A stretch of 64,000 nt of DNA from an uncultured Gemmatimonadales bacterium. Lineage in GTDB: Bacteria; Gemmatimonadota; Gemmatimonadetes; Gemmatimonadales; Gemmatimonadaceae. Location of the stretch: contig CAWBZV010000012.1 of the NCBI GenBank assembly GCA_963793305.1, positions 64,001 through 128,000 on the forward strand. Reading direction: 5' to 3'. The translations under genes and the position numbers were made by a program. The notes beneath the pieces are model-generated. The model was not told the DNA's origin. It made no database searches and worked only from the letters and a program-made list of their open reading frames with translations. Below, piece by piece: positions 42,242 to 52,808 of this stretch. Numbering within the stretch: the first letter of the stretch is position 1; every line of letters starts with the position of its first letter.

Positions 42242-42261
42242 GTGTAACGGTAGTGTTACAC
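42242..42261. promoter_or_regulatory. Palindromic operator-like site GTGTAAC-N6-GTTACAC
   Basis: Perfect 7-bp inverted repeat in a divergent intergenic region. Confidence 0.5.
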
Positions 42262-42326
42262 AGTGCGAGACTATGACGTACCAGGCGGATCAGTAAAGCA
42301 TTCACTGGCGAATTATATTGATACCA

Positions 42327-44091
42327 ATGGAATCGCCAGAGATCCGCACGCCATCCCTCGGGGCCCCCGACCGGACACTCGCAATATCCGGCCTCGCGGT
42401 CGGCGTCGCGGTGCTCGCCGCCCTCGCCGCCCAATTCCTGACGCGCCTCATCGGGTTCATCACGAATCTCGCGTTCTACCACCACTTCTCGACCACGTTC
42501 AGCTCACCGGCCGACAACCACTTGGGACTCGGCGTCATCTTCGTCCCAATCATCGGCGCCCTGATCGTCGGCCTCATGGCCCGGTTCGGTTCCGAGGCCA
42601 TCCGGGGCCACGGCATCCCGGAAGCGATGGAGCAGGTCCTCCTCAACGAGAGCCGGATCCCGCCTCGCATCACGTTTCTCAAACCCGTCTCCGCCGCCGT
42701 CGCCATCGGCACCGGCGGCCCGTTCGGAGCCGAAGGCCCCATCATCGCCACGGGCGGTGCGCTCGGCTCTCTCATTGGACAGATCCGCCACACGACGGCC
42801 ATCGAGCGCAAAACGCTGCTCGCCGCCGGCGCGGCCGCCGGTATGGCCGCGACGTTCGGCACGCCGGTCTCCGCCGTCTTGCTCGCCATCGAGCTCCTGC
42901 TGTTCGAGTACAGCCCGCGATCGCTCATCCCGGTGGCGCTTGCCTCGGTCACGGCGACCGGCATCCGCGCGGCCTTCATGGGATGGACGCCCATTTTCGC
43001 GATGCCCACCGTGTCGCCGCCCAGTGGAATCGACCTGGCGGTCTATGTGGCACTTGGCTTCGTCATCGGCCTGGCCTCCGTCGGCATTACCCGGGCGCTG
43101 TATGCCATCGAGGACCTGTTCGAGCGGCTGCCCGTCCACTGGATGTGGTGGCCCGCGATCGGCGCCGTCGCCGTCGGCGTTGTCGGCTACTTCGCGCCCC
43201 ACACCCTGGGCGTCGGCTACGACAACATCGATCACATCTTGAGCGGGTCGATCGTGGGGACGGCCCTGATACTCCTCGTCGTCGGCAAGCTGATCTCCTG
43301 GGAGATCGCGCTGGCCAGCGGGACCTCCGGGGGAACCCTCGCGCCGCTCATGACCATCGGCGGCGGACTGGGCGCCCTCGCCGGCGCCTTGGTGCACGTC
43401 GACCCGCGCATGTCGGCCCTCGTCGGCATGGCCGCGATGTTCGCCGGCGCGTCGCATGCCATCCTCGCCTCGGCCGTCTTCGCGTTCGAAGCGACGCGGC
43501 AACCGAATGGCTTGCTGCCGGTGCTCGCCGGATGCGCCACCGCATACCTCGTGTCACTCCGGCTCATGCCGCACTCGATCATGACCGAGAAATTGGCGCG
43601 ACGCGGGACCCGCATCCGACCCGAGATGCACGCCGATCACCTCGACCGCATCCTCGTCCGCGACATCGCGTCGACATCGCCCGTGACGCTACGGGCGGCC
43701 GACGGCGTCGAGGACGTCCGCGATTGGATGGTCGGCCGCGCGGCGGGCTCATCCCACCAGGGGTTCGCCGTCCTGAACGCCAAGGGCGAGATCGTCGGCG
43801 TCGTCACCCGACGCGATCTGCTCGATCTCGAGTTGCCGCTCACCGCGCTCGTCTCCGACCTCATCCGCCGGGCGCCCGTCGTCATCTTCGACGACAACTC
43901 GGCCCGGGAGGCCGCCGATCACATGGTTCGCGAGGAACGTCGGACGCCTCCCCGTCGTCACCCGGGCTGCCCCGCGAACCGTTATCGGCATGGTGTCGCG
44001 CAGCGACCTGCTCGGCGCAACGGGAGCGCGGTCAGACCTTGAAGCGACTCGCGACGGTGCGAAGACGGTGCGCGCTGTCGGCCAGGTGTGA
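42327..44091 (+). CDS. CLC chloride channel/transporter with CBS domains (frameshift ~43936)
   Basis: GHGIPE, GAEGP, SGGTLAP; the second CBS (VGRLPVV...GMVSRSDLL) follows the frame change. Confidence 0.9.
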
Positions 44092-45735
44092 CGCCGTAGC
44101 CGCCACTTCCTGAGCCGTAGCCGCCGTCTGCTCGGCGGCCGCCGCGGCGCCCTCGGCGCGTGCGCCCTGCTCGTCCGCCTGCTTGGCGGTCGACTGCACA
44201 CGCGTGATGAGCTGCTCGACGGCCTGACGACTCGTGTCCGCCGCGGAGCCGACGGCGACCGCGATGGCGGCGGTGCCGTCGACCGCGCCGTCGATCGCGG
44301 CCAGGGCGTCGGCGGTGGCCTTGGACACGCGGCCGACATCGCCCAGCTCGGCGACGCTGGTGCGGTAGTTCTTCGACGCCGTGGCGAACTGAACGCGCAT
44401 GCCGTTCACGATGCGGGCGGCCTCACTCGCGGCCGCCGAGCTCTGCGTCGCGAGCTGGCGGACTTCGTTGGCGACGACGCCGAACCCGCGGCCATGATCG
44501 CCGGCGCGCGCGGCCTCGATGGCGGCATTGAGCGCCAGGAGATTCGACTGCTCGGCAATCTCCCGTACGCGATCGACAAATAGCTGCACGGTCTCGGCCG
44601 TGGACCGCAACCCATCAACGCTGTCACCCGACATGTTGATGACCGTCTGCGCGCGCTCGAACGTCTTGACGGCTTCGCCCAGCCCGTCACGGATGCGCGT
44701 GGCCCCCGAGCGCACCCGCTCGCCCATGCTCTTGGCCCGCACCGCCGCGTCATTCAACCCGGCCGTGGACCGCGTGACGTCCTCAATGGCCATCCCCAAT
44801 GCGGCCAGCGCCTCGCGTTGCGCGGTCACGCCGCTCGCGACCTGCTGCACCGCATCGCTGATCTCACCGGTCGACGCCGCGGTCGCCGACGATGCGGCCG
44901 TCAACGATGACGCCGAGTCGGCGACCTCCTGCGCCTCTTGCTGCACCTCCGCGATCGCCTTCCGCAGCCGCGAGGCCGTTTCGGCGAACGCCGCCGCGAA
45001 CTGCGCGTATTCCGTGTCCAGCCCGTCGGGGCGGATCGTCGTCCGGAGATCCCCGTCACCCAAACTGCGCGCCGCAGTGGTCAGCGCATCGAGCGGATGC
45101 GTGACCGCTCGCACCGTCGCCCGCGTGAACACGACGGTCGTGACGAGTCCAATCACGAGCAGCAGCAGCAGGCCGGCGCGCCAGCCAGTGACGAGCCCTT
45201 CGACGTGGTTGAGCGTGGTCGAGGTCCGAAAGTCCTGCGCGCGGGAGATGACGGCCGCTTCATCGAACAGCGTGTCCACCGCGCGCGTGGCCATGGAGGC
45301 TTCCCGGAAGGCATCCGCGGGCCGCCCGATATCCCGATACGCACGCGCGACCGCAAATCGTACCTCGAGATCGCCTTGCAGATCGGCGAGCCGCTCCAGC
45401 GTGACGCGCTCGTCGGTGCCGAGCGACGCGGTCTGCATGAGGGCATCGTGCTCGGTTGCCGCCTGCGCGCTCAGCGTATCCAGGCGCTCGCTCCGCAACG
45501 AGTCGTCGGCATTGGCGGTGGATGCCATGAGACCCGCTTGCGACAGCGCCACGAACCGGAGCGTCGCGTCGCGCACGCGCGAGAGTCGTCCGGTCACCTC
45601 CGTGGCCTGGTGCACGCTCTTGCGAAGATCCGAATGCACGACCTCCAAGGCCGTGATGCCAAGGCCGCCGCACGCGAGCAGCGTGAGCGTGACGGAGCCG
45701 AAGCCCAGGCGGAGCCGATCGCGGACGGCACTCAC
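44032..45735 (-). CDS. Methyl-accepting chemotaxis protein
   Basis: Two TM helices, HAMP, and [37 protein letters not shown]. Confidence 0.93.
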   Translation of the reverse strand: MSAVRDRLRLGFGSVTLTLLACGGLGITALEVVHSDLRKSVHQATEVTGRLSRVRDATLRFVALSQAGLMASTANADDSLRSERLDTLSAQAATEHDALMQTASLGTDERVTLERLADLQGDLEVRFAVARAYRDIGRPADAFREASMATRAVDTLFDEAAVISRAQDFRTSTTLNHVEGLVTGWRAGLLLLLVIGLVTTVVFTRATVRAVTHPLDALTTAARSLGDGDLRTTIRPDGLDTEYAQFAAAFAETASRLRKAIAEVQQEAQEVADSASSLTAASSATAASTGEISDAVQQVASGVTAQREALAALGMAIEDVTRSTAGLNDAAVRAKSMGERVRSGATRIRDGLGEAVKTFERAQTVINMSGDSVDGLRSTAETVQLFVDRVREIAEQSNLLALNAAIEAARAGDHGRGFGVVANEVRQLATQSSAAASEAARIVNGMRVQFATASKNYRTSVAELGDVGRVSKATADALAAIDGAVDGTAAIAVAVGSAADTSRQAVEQLITRVQSTAKQADEQGARAEGAAAAAEQTAATAQEVAATASHLADSAHRLRTVASRFKV

Positions 45736-46844
45736 GGATGCACGACGCCGATCGCCACGGGCTTCTCGACGGGATCGCCGCTCGACCCGTTGAAGCGGAT
45801 CGTCCCGCTCGCGCCGTCGAGCTCCGGCGCATGCGCGACCCAACTGCGCACGCGAGAGCGATCGGGCCCAACGGCGAATACGGCTTCGGCGATCAGCGTG
45901 GCCGCGTCATACGCGAGCGCCGCTTTCTGATCCGCGACGAGGCCGAATGTCTTCTGGTACTCATCCGCGAACGACTGTGCCACCCTCCCTGACTGCGGGT
46001 CGTAGAACGCGGTGAATCTCAGCCCGGCGAACTCCCGCGCGGTGACTGGATCTGATCCAAAGCTGGCCAGGTCATCGCTGCCGAGGAACTTGGCCCGGCT
46101 CCCGGCCTTGCGTATCGCCCGCAGGATATCCACGGCCTCGTTTGCGCCGCCGGCAATGACCACGGCATCGACGGCGCGCTGCGTCATGCGAATGGCGTAG
46201 GCGTCATACTCGGCAATGCCACGCAAGTACGGATCACGCTCGATAACCGGGACGTGGTGCGCCGTGAGCTCATTCATGAACGCCACCGTGTAGCCGCGTC
46301 CAAAGAGATCGTCGCGATAGATGATCGCCACGCGCTTGGCGTGCAGGGACTCTGCGGCAAACCGAGCCAGGGCACGGGCCGCATCGTCATCCGTCGGACA
46401 GACGCGGAACACCCAACTCGTGGTTTTCGTGACGCGAGGATTGGTGGCCGTGGGCGTGATGTCGATCAGCGCATGGCGACCGTTATGCTCCGCGTCAGCA
46501 TAGATCGGCGCGGCCGCGATCGTTGCGGCGCTGCCAGTATGGCCGACGACGCCGATGATCTTGGGGTCGTCGCGAAACGACGCCGCAATGAGCACATCGC
46601 TCGCACCCTTCGACGGCAACCGGACCGCGAGGGGGAGGGCGCCGTGGGGGCGCATCGCATTCAGCTTGTCGAGCGCCAGCTTGACGCCGTTCGCGTAACC
46701 CCGCGTATCGATTCCGCTATCGGTGCTGAACGCGACGCCAACATACAGGCTATCAGCGCCCCCGTTGAGCGTAGCGGCGGGAGCGCTGGAACATGCGGCC
46801 ATTACTGTTGTCAGGAGAACGACCCCGAGCGGCCGTGCTGGCAT
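45732..46844 (-). CDS. LivK-type substrate-binding lipoprotein
   Basis: Lipobox [29 protein letters not shown]. Confidence 0.9.
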   Translation of the reverse strand: MPARPLGVVLLTTVMAACSSAPAATLNGGADSLYVGVAFSTDSGIDTRGYANGVKLALDKLNAMRPHGALPLAVRLPSKGASDVLIAASFRDDPKIIGVVGHTGSAATIAAAPIYADAEHNGRHALIDITPTATNPRVTKTTSWVFRVCPTDDDAARALARFAAESLHAKRVAIIYRDDLFGRGYTVAFMNELTAHHVPVIERDPYLRGIAEYDAYAIRMTQRAVDAVVIAGGANEAVDILRAIRKAGSRAKFLGSDDLASFGSDPVTAREFAGLRFTAFYDPQSGRVAQSFADEYQKTFGLVADQKAALAYDAATLIAEAVFAVGPDRSRVRSWVAHAPELDGASGTIRFNGSSGDPVEKPVAIGVVHP

Positions 46845-46923
46845 GCCCGAAAGACGGCACCATCCTTATAGAGGTCACTATAAAGAAAGGAACTCGCTTG
46901 GGCTCGCTCGGCCTAATAAGTCG

Positions 46924-47538
46924 GTGCAGAAGACCCTAGGGCTGTTTCTGCTGGCCGGAACCGCGCTGCTCGGCGTGGGTGCGCTGTTACATCCAATGCT
47001 GACCGGGGATGCCGGGGCCGAGCTGACGACGATCGCCGCATCGCCCCACTTCCGGGCCATTCACCTGGCGATGCTCGCCGGATCGGCGCTGATCATCGCC
47101 GGGGTGTGGGTCCGTGCCCTTGCCTCCGGTCCAGGCGAAGCTCTTCGCTTTGGGATCGCGTTCGGCCTCATCGATCTCGGGCTCGCCCTCAACGCGTACG
47201 ACATCTCATTTATGGCAAGGGCCGGGACGCGACTGGCGGCAGCGTACGCCACAGGCAGTGGGACCGCCGCTCCTCTGTTCGATTCTATACACGACGTTGG
47301 TTTGACTTATGCACTGTTCGGTAACGTGATCGTTGCCTTGGGAGCGCTCGTGCTAGGCGTTGCCGAGTGGCAGACACGCAGGATATCCGCGGCGCTCGCG
47401 TTGGTCGCCGCGGCCGGTGGGCTCATCGGGGTGGCCTGTCCCGAAACGAGCCTCCTCATCCTCGCCCCTATCGCGCTACTCTCGGCCTGGCAGGTCGTGA
47501 CCGGCCTCGCGGCGCTCAATATCTTACATACAAGATGA
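46924..47538 (+). CDS. Hypothetical multi-TM protein
   Basis: About six hydrophobic helices; ATGA overlap with the glycosyltransferase. Confidence 0.7.
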   Translation: MQKTLGLFLLAGTALLGVGALLHPMLTGDAGAELTTIAASPHFRAIHLAMLAGSALIIAGVWVRALASGPGEALRFGIAFGLIDLGLALNAYDISFMARAGTRLAAAYATGSGTAAPLFDSIHDVGLTYALFGNVIVALGALVLGVAEWQTRRISAALALVAAAGGLIGVACPETSLLILAPIALLSAWQVVTGLAALNILHTR

Positions 47539-48692
47539 TAGAGATAGATCTGAGGCTCGCGCTGTTTTGCGACAGCTATCTGCCGCAGCTCAATGGCGTG
47601 TCGCTGCTGCTCGAACGGCTCGTGGACGCCGTTCGCGATCGCGGCGGCGCGGTCCGCGTCTTCACGACCACGGATCCGCACGCGACCTACGATCCCGAGA
47701 TCCGCCGGTGGCCGAGCGTACCCCTGTGGCTCTATCCGGAGCATCGCCTCGCGTTGCCGACACCCGCGAGCATCAAGCGCGAGCTCAATGCGTGGCGGCC
47801 GACGATCGTGCACGCCGCGAGCCCGTTTGGACTCGGCCTCGCCGCCCGCCGTGGAGCGCGCGCGCTTGGCATTCCATTCGTGTCATCGTATCACACGAGT
47901 TGGAGCGCCTACACCAAGTTCTACGGCCTCGGATTCTTGAGCAACTTCGCGTGGCGGTATCTCCGCTGGTTCCACAACAGCGGGGATCGGACGTACGCGC
48001 CGACCGAAGCCACGCGCCAGGAGCTCGAGCTCCATGGCGTGCGCCGCACGGCGATCTGGTCTCGCGGCGTCGACACCGTGCGCTTCACTCCGTCCGCCCG
48101 CTCGGCCGCCCTGCGTGCGCGCTTCGGCGCGAGCGACAACACGGTCGTGTGTGCATACGTCGGCCGGCTCGGCGCCGAGAAGGGCCTGGCGGTTGCCATG
48201 GAAGGCATGCACCGCGTGGTCGCGCGCGCTGGCGCGAACGTCGTCTGTGCGATCGCGGGCGATGGGCCCTACGAGGCCGAGTGTCGTCGGCTCGCGCCAC
48301 CGGGGACGATTTTCATGGGACGCCTCTGCGGGCGCGAGCTCACCGAATTCTACGCGTCGTCCGATGTGTTCATCTTCCCGTCGGCGACCGACACGTTCGG
48401 CAATGTCATCCTCGAGGCGATGGCGTCCGGGTTGCCCGTGGTTGGTGCCGATGTGGGGCCCACCCGTGAGCTGTTGTCGAACACCCGCGGACTGACCTTC
48501 CCCCAGGGCAACGCCGAGATGTTCGGCGACCAGGTGCTGGCGTTGGTCCTCGATCGCGCGCGGCGCGTGGTGCTGGCGCGCGAGGCGCTCGCGTTCGCGC
48601 GCACGCGGACGTGGGATGCGATCTTCGATGAGCTCTTTGCCGACTACGCCCGCTTGAGCGGCAGCGCGCCGGCCGCGGTGGCAGTGGCCTAG
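47535..48692 (+). CDS. Glycosyltransferase family 4 (MgtA-like)
   Basis: DSYLPQLNGV, SYHT, DTFGNVILEAMASGLPVV. Confidence 0.92.
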   Translation: MIEIDLRLALFCDSYLPQLNGVSLLLERLVDAVRDRGGAVRVFTTTDPHATYDPEIRRWPSVPLWLYPEHRLALPTPASIKRELNAWRPTIVHAASPFGLGLAARRGARALGIPFVSSYHTSWSAYTKFYGLGFLSNFAWRYLRWFHNSGDRTYAPTEATRQELELHGVRRTAIWSRGVDTVRFTPSARSAALRARFGASDNTVVCAYVGRLGAEKGLAVAMEGMHRVVARAGANVVCAIAGDGPYEAECRRLAPPGTIFMGRLCGRELTEFYASSDVFIFPSATDTFGNVILEAMASGLPVVGADVGPTRELLSNTRGLTFPQGNAEMFGDQVLALVLDRARRVVLAREALAFARTRTWDAIFDELFADYARLSGSAPAAVAVA

Positions 48693-48695
48693 GAC

Positions 48696-49361
48696 CTAGG
48701 CTGCCTGGTCCGCCTCGGCCAGAATCGCCGCGGCGACTTCGAGAATATCCCGGCCGTCTTCGTCGGCTTCCTCTTCCATCAATTTCAGGGCATCGGCCGG
48801 CGTGAGACGCGTGCGCGCGACGATCTGTGCCACGGCGCGCTCGACAACGATCTCGCGCGACTCGGGCTCGGTCGGCTCGACGGTGACATCCACCAGCGGG
48901 AGATCGTTGTCCGGGATTTCCCGGACGGTGTCGACCGCCTCATCGACTGCATCGACTGCGTCGTCGGCAACGACGGCATCATCGGCCATCGCTCGCGCGG
49001 TGGCGACGATCTCTTGGACATCCGCATCGAGATCGCCATCGACGGTGCTGGCGGAGATGAGCGCCACCGGCCCCCAGTTGGGCCGCGCGGCGCGGTCGGC
49101 GAGCGCCGGATGTGTCGAGAGCACGAGGGCAGCGGTGCCGGCACGCGCGCGCGTCACGCTGATCGCGCCGTGCACACCCGCGCCGTCGCTCAAGTGCACA
49201 TCGAAGAGGACGGCATCGGGCTCGGTCGTCGACACCGCGTCGACCGCCTCGCGAATCGTCGTGACCTGCGCGACAACGTCATAGCCCAGCGCGGCGAGGC
49301 GCTGGGACATGGCACGCGTACGAATCATGGCGGACTGCGCGACGACAACCCGTAACGACAC
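48696..49361 (-). CDS. Receiver-like + ANTAR-like response regulator
   Basis: PDAVLFDVHL; C-terminal IVVERAV...LTPADALKLM...ILEVAAAIL; AGGAGG RBS. Confidence 0.65.
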   Translation of the reverse strand: MSLRVVVAQSAMIRTRAMSQRLAALGYDVVAQVTTIREAVDAVSTTEPDAVLFDVHLSDGAGVHGAISVTRARAGTAALVLSTHPALADRAARPNWGPVALISASTVDGDLDADVQEIVATARAMADDAVVADDAVDAVDEAVDTVREIPDNDLPLVDVTVEPTEPESREIVVERAVAQIVARTRLTPADALKLMEEEADEDGRDILEVAAAILAEADQAA

Positions 49362-49467
49362 TGATCCTCCTAAGATCGTGCCACAACTTAGTCAGTCAGA
49401 AAGTCGCAGGCCGTGACTGACATCACTATGACGATTGAAAGGCCCGAAAGTCTTGCGGCGTTGGCTC

Positions 49468-50995
49468 TTAAATGCTGTTCGTCGGAGGGGCCAGGGCGTC
49501 GAGCGCCTTCTCGTCATTGCGCTCCATCGCGACTTCGGCGTCGAGATTGATACGGTCTTCGTCGAGTGTCGCGAATCCGACGGTCTTGCCGGCCCGATAG
49601 ACCACCGCCGCCTGATGCGCCGCGAGGTCGCCGGCGATGGTGACGTGCTGCCAGGGCAACGAGAAGCCGAGATAGCGGATCGTCATGTCGTAGTGCTGGC
49701 TCCAGAAGAACGGAACCATATCGCATCGTTGCGCGAGGCCCAGCACGTTCTCCGCCGCGATCTGGCCTTGTCGCTCGGCGACGACCCAGTGCTCGATACG
49801 AAGCCGATGCCCCGTGTGCGGATCGGGCCACCGCGCAATGTCGCCGGCGGCCCAGACACCCGCGCGGCTCGTCTCCAGGTACTCATTCACCAGGACGCCA
49901 TTGTCGACGGCGAGACCCGCGGCTTGCGCGAGTGCGATGCGCGGCTTGACGCCGATGCCGGCGATCACGAGATCGGCGTCGATCGTCGAGCCATCGCGGA
50001 GTGTCACCGTGCCCGGCTCGATGCGCGCGACCTCGGCGCCCATGTGGAAGCGCACGCCGTGCTGCTCGTGCAGCGAGCGGATCATGCCCGAGACGCGTGG
50101 GTCGAGAACGCGCTCGAGTGGGCGGTTCTCCATCGACACCACGTCGACCGCCACCCCTCTCGTGCGAAGCGATGCGGCAACTTCGAGACCGATAAAGCTT
50201 GACCCAATCACCACCGCCCCCTTCGCATGCTCGGCTCTGGCGATGATCGCGTTGGCATCGGCGAACGAACGCAGCACGAGCGCGCCCGGCACGTTGAGGT
50301 GATTCGGCTCGCTGCCCATTGCCAAAATCAGCGCGTCGTATGGCACGGTATTGCCATCGTCCAACACCACGTGCTTGGTGTTCAGGTCGAGACTTTTCGC
50401 GCGGGTCCGCCGGATAACAATGCCATGCTCTGGATAGAATCCCTCTGGCCGCAACGGGATCCACTCGGGCTGCGCGCTGCCCGCCAGGTAGTCTTTTGAT
50501 AAGTTCGGGCGGTCGACCGGCGCCGATGGATCTTCATCGATCATCGTGATCGGGCCGACATAGCCGCGACGGCGGAGCATCTCGGCGGCGGCTGTGCCTG
50601 CGGCGCCCGCGCCGATTATGACAACACTGCGGGGCGCGACCGGGCCTCGATTGGTCGGCGCGAGCGGGTCCGGATCGTTTTTCTTGGCACCGACATACAC
50701 GCGATCTCCACGGCGCTCGACGGACCAGCACGGGAGCGGATTGAGCGCGGGTGCGCGGAGCGCCTCGCCGGTCTCGAGATCGAAGCACGCGTGATGCCAC
50801 GGACAGCGCACGGTACTGCCGACGATCGAGACCCTCGGCGAGTGGCCCGCTGTAGTGCGTGCATGCCGCGCCTACGGCGAACGCTTCGTTGCCCACTCGC
50901 ACGACGAGGACGTCGTCGCCGTCGGCCTTGCCGAGGACGGAGGCTCCGTCAGCCAGGTCCGCCCATGAGATCCCGTCTTTGCGCAGATCTGTCAT
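49468..50995 (-). CDS. Rieske + FAD-dependent oxidoreductase (frameshift ~50828)
   Basis: CTHYSGPL / CPWHHACF, GAGAAG, DRPNLSK, PFFWSQHY. Confidence 0.9.
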
Positions 50996-51813
50996 CTCAC
51001 AATCACCAGAAGAGCGATGGCAGTAAGTAACAGAACGATGGCTCCGATGGTAATAAGCCGGCGCCGGGAGGATCGAGCTGGGACGGGCGCCGAGTGGACG
51101 CCGTATGGCAGGCTGCCGCGGCGCAACGAGTCCGCGAGCATCCCAATGCCGGGATCCGGGGCGGCCCCGAGGGCATCGGCGACGCGGCCATCGTACGAGT
51201 TGGCGAGGTCGATAGCCGCGGCCCGCTCCCCGCTGCCCGCGAGGGCAAGCATGAGCCCGGTCGTCGCCCGGGCGCTCAGCGGATCTGCCTCGACGAGCCG
51301 CTGCCACCAAGCGATCGACTCCGCCGGTTTCCCCTGAGCCTCGGCCTCGATCGCCAACTGTTCCAGGACTTCGGCGTAGATCCGCGCGCACCGGACCCGC
51401 TCATCCTCGACCCATCGGACGAAGGCCGGCGCCCGGTCGACAGTCAGTCCGTGCAGGAACGGCCCGTTATAGAGGGCGATGGCGTCCCGCCAGGCCTTAG
51501 CCTCGACCGACCGGTCGAACTCCGGGAGGTCCAAGCTGAGGCAGGCAGGGTTGAGGGACAGGGTCGTCGCCGTGGCCACGATGGCGTCCGGCCCAAGTGT
51601 CCTCCTGGCAGCCGACAACGCCTGATCGAGCGAGTTCCGCCCGCCCTGCCGGTCGGGCCAGAAGTTCTCGATCAGGCGCTCCCGGCTTGTCCCGGCAGGG
51701 CCTTGGGCACCGAGAAACACGAGGAGCGCCAGTTGACGGCGCTGTATCGACGGATCTTGGACCGGAGCTCCGTCTCGCCAGAGCGCCAGGCCTCCGAACG
51801 TGATTAGACGCAC
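50992..51813 (-). CDS. SARP/AfsR-type BTAD regulator with a C-terminal TM helix
   Basis: LITFGGL, SRERLIENFWP, ALYNGPFL, DPLSAR; hydrophobic tail. Confidence 0.85.
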   Translation of the reverse strand: MRLITFGGLALWRDGAPVQDPSIQRRQLALLVFLGAQGPAGTSRERLIENFWPDRQGGRNSLDQALSAARRTLGPDAIVATATTLSLNPACLSLDLPEFDRSVEAKAWRDAIALYNGPFLHGLTVDRAPAFVRWVEDERVRCARIYAEVLEQLAIEAEAQGKPAESIAWWQRLVEADPLSARATTGLMLALAGSGERAAAIDLANSYDGRVADALGAAPDPGIGMLADSLRRGSLPYGVHSAPVPARSSRRRLITIGAIVLLLTAIALLVIVR

Positions 51814-51821
51814 CTAACGCA

Positions 51822-51839
51822 AATTCAGGTTGAATTCAG
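51822..51839. promoter_or_regulatory. AATTCAG direct repeat with 11-bp period
   Basis: Copies at 51822 and 51833; they also form AATTCA-ggt-TGAATT. Confidence 0.45.
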
Positions 51840-51883
51840 AACCGTTTGAGCAGCCTTTGGGCTGCTAATCCTAAAGTCATCAC

Positions 51884-52359
51884 ATGTCAGACGAAACGGT
51901 CATCACTGGGAAAGTGGTATGGGCCACGGACGGATCAGGCGTTCCGGGCGCCATCCTCTCGATCTACACGCTCATTCCCGCGGGACTCGTTGGCCGCACC
52001 GAGGCCAACGAGCATGGCGATTACTGGATGAAGGCCGAATGCATTGGACTCGGGCGTTCGACCTCTACGTCGTTGTGCTGAATAGCCGTGGGGAGCTTCT
52101 GCAGGTGGTGCGCGAAGGCTCACGCTGGCTCACCGGGAGCCGAACGCGGTTGGACGTGACGGTCACCGGGCGGTGGCGTTCGTCGGGTCCTCGGCGAACC
52201 GGCCAGCAGCAGCAGGCCGCGGAAAACGCCGGCGACGTCGTGCCGACTACGAAGTTGCTCGTGCCAACGCCGTATTGGCCGAAGAAGGGACCACCCGAGT
52301 TTCTCGGGGGCGGTCGTGGAGTCCGCCGCCGGATCTCTAACGGAGACAGGCAATCATGA
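51884..52359 (+). CDS. Hypothetical protein with a prealbumin-like beta-sandwich (frameshift ~52053)
   Basis: ITGKVV...GVPGA...TEANEHGDY, then FDLYVVVLNSRGELL. Confidence 0.55.
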
Positions 52360-52808
52360 GCGCTCGGATCATCATTGGGCTGGCCGCCAATGAGCGGGCA
52401 GCCGGCCAGATCCAGGATGCGGCGGTGCTGTCGGGTGAGCTCACGGCGTGCTCGCGCGTCGAGGAGCTGGTGGAGTCGGTGACGAGTACGCCGAACGTCG
52501 TCGCCGTAATCACCGAGTTGTGGGACGTCGATGGCCATCCAATGGCGCCGGCGGTGCGCCGGCTGCGTCATTGGCGCGCCACGTTGCCGGTCATCGCGTT
52601 CTGTCGGCTCACGCCGCGCACGGCGCGGGAGATCGTGACGATGGCGGCGGCGGGGGTCTCAGCCATCGCCATTCGGGATCACGAAGATCTCGGCGATCTC
52701 TTGCGGAGCGTGATCGACCCGAAGCTTTACCAGCGGCGATCGGTTTCCAGCATGGTGCGGACGGCCAATGCATCGACCGCCGGGGAGAACAAATATCCCT
52801 GGCCGTAG
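52356..52808 (+). CDS. Hypothetical receiver-like protein
   Basis: Alpha/beta pattern, VVAVITELWDVDG, LPVIAFC; ATGA-coupled to the previous gene. Confidence 0.6.
   Translation: MSARIIIGLAANERAAGQIQDAAVLSGELTACSRVEELVESVTSTPNVVAVITELWDVDGHPMAPAVRRLRHWRATLPVIAFCRLTPRTAREIVTMAAAGVSAIAIRDHEDLGDLLRSVIDPKLYQRRSVSSMVRTANASTAGENKYPWP

Noticed and set aside
42170..42320. Fluoride riboswitch and CLC-F exporter
   Set aside because: No recognisable riboswitch core, and the protein lacks the GNNLI-type fluoride signature.
44519..45793. Long antisense ORFs (also 60782..61996, 26121..27683, 20979..22220, 13246..14520)
   Set aside because: They are shadow ORFs opposite well-supported genes, as expected at high GC.
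49370..49384. Sigma54 promoter (minus strand TGGCACGATCTTAG)
   Set aside because: The -12 TTGC element is absent and the spacing is off.
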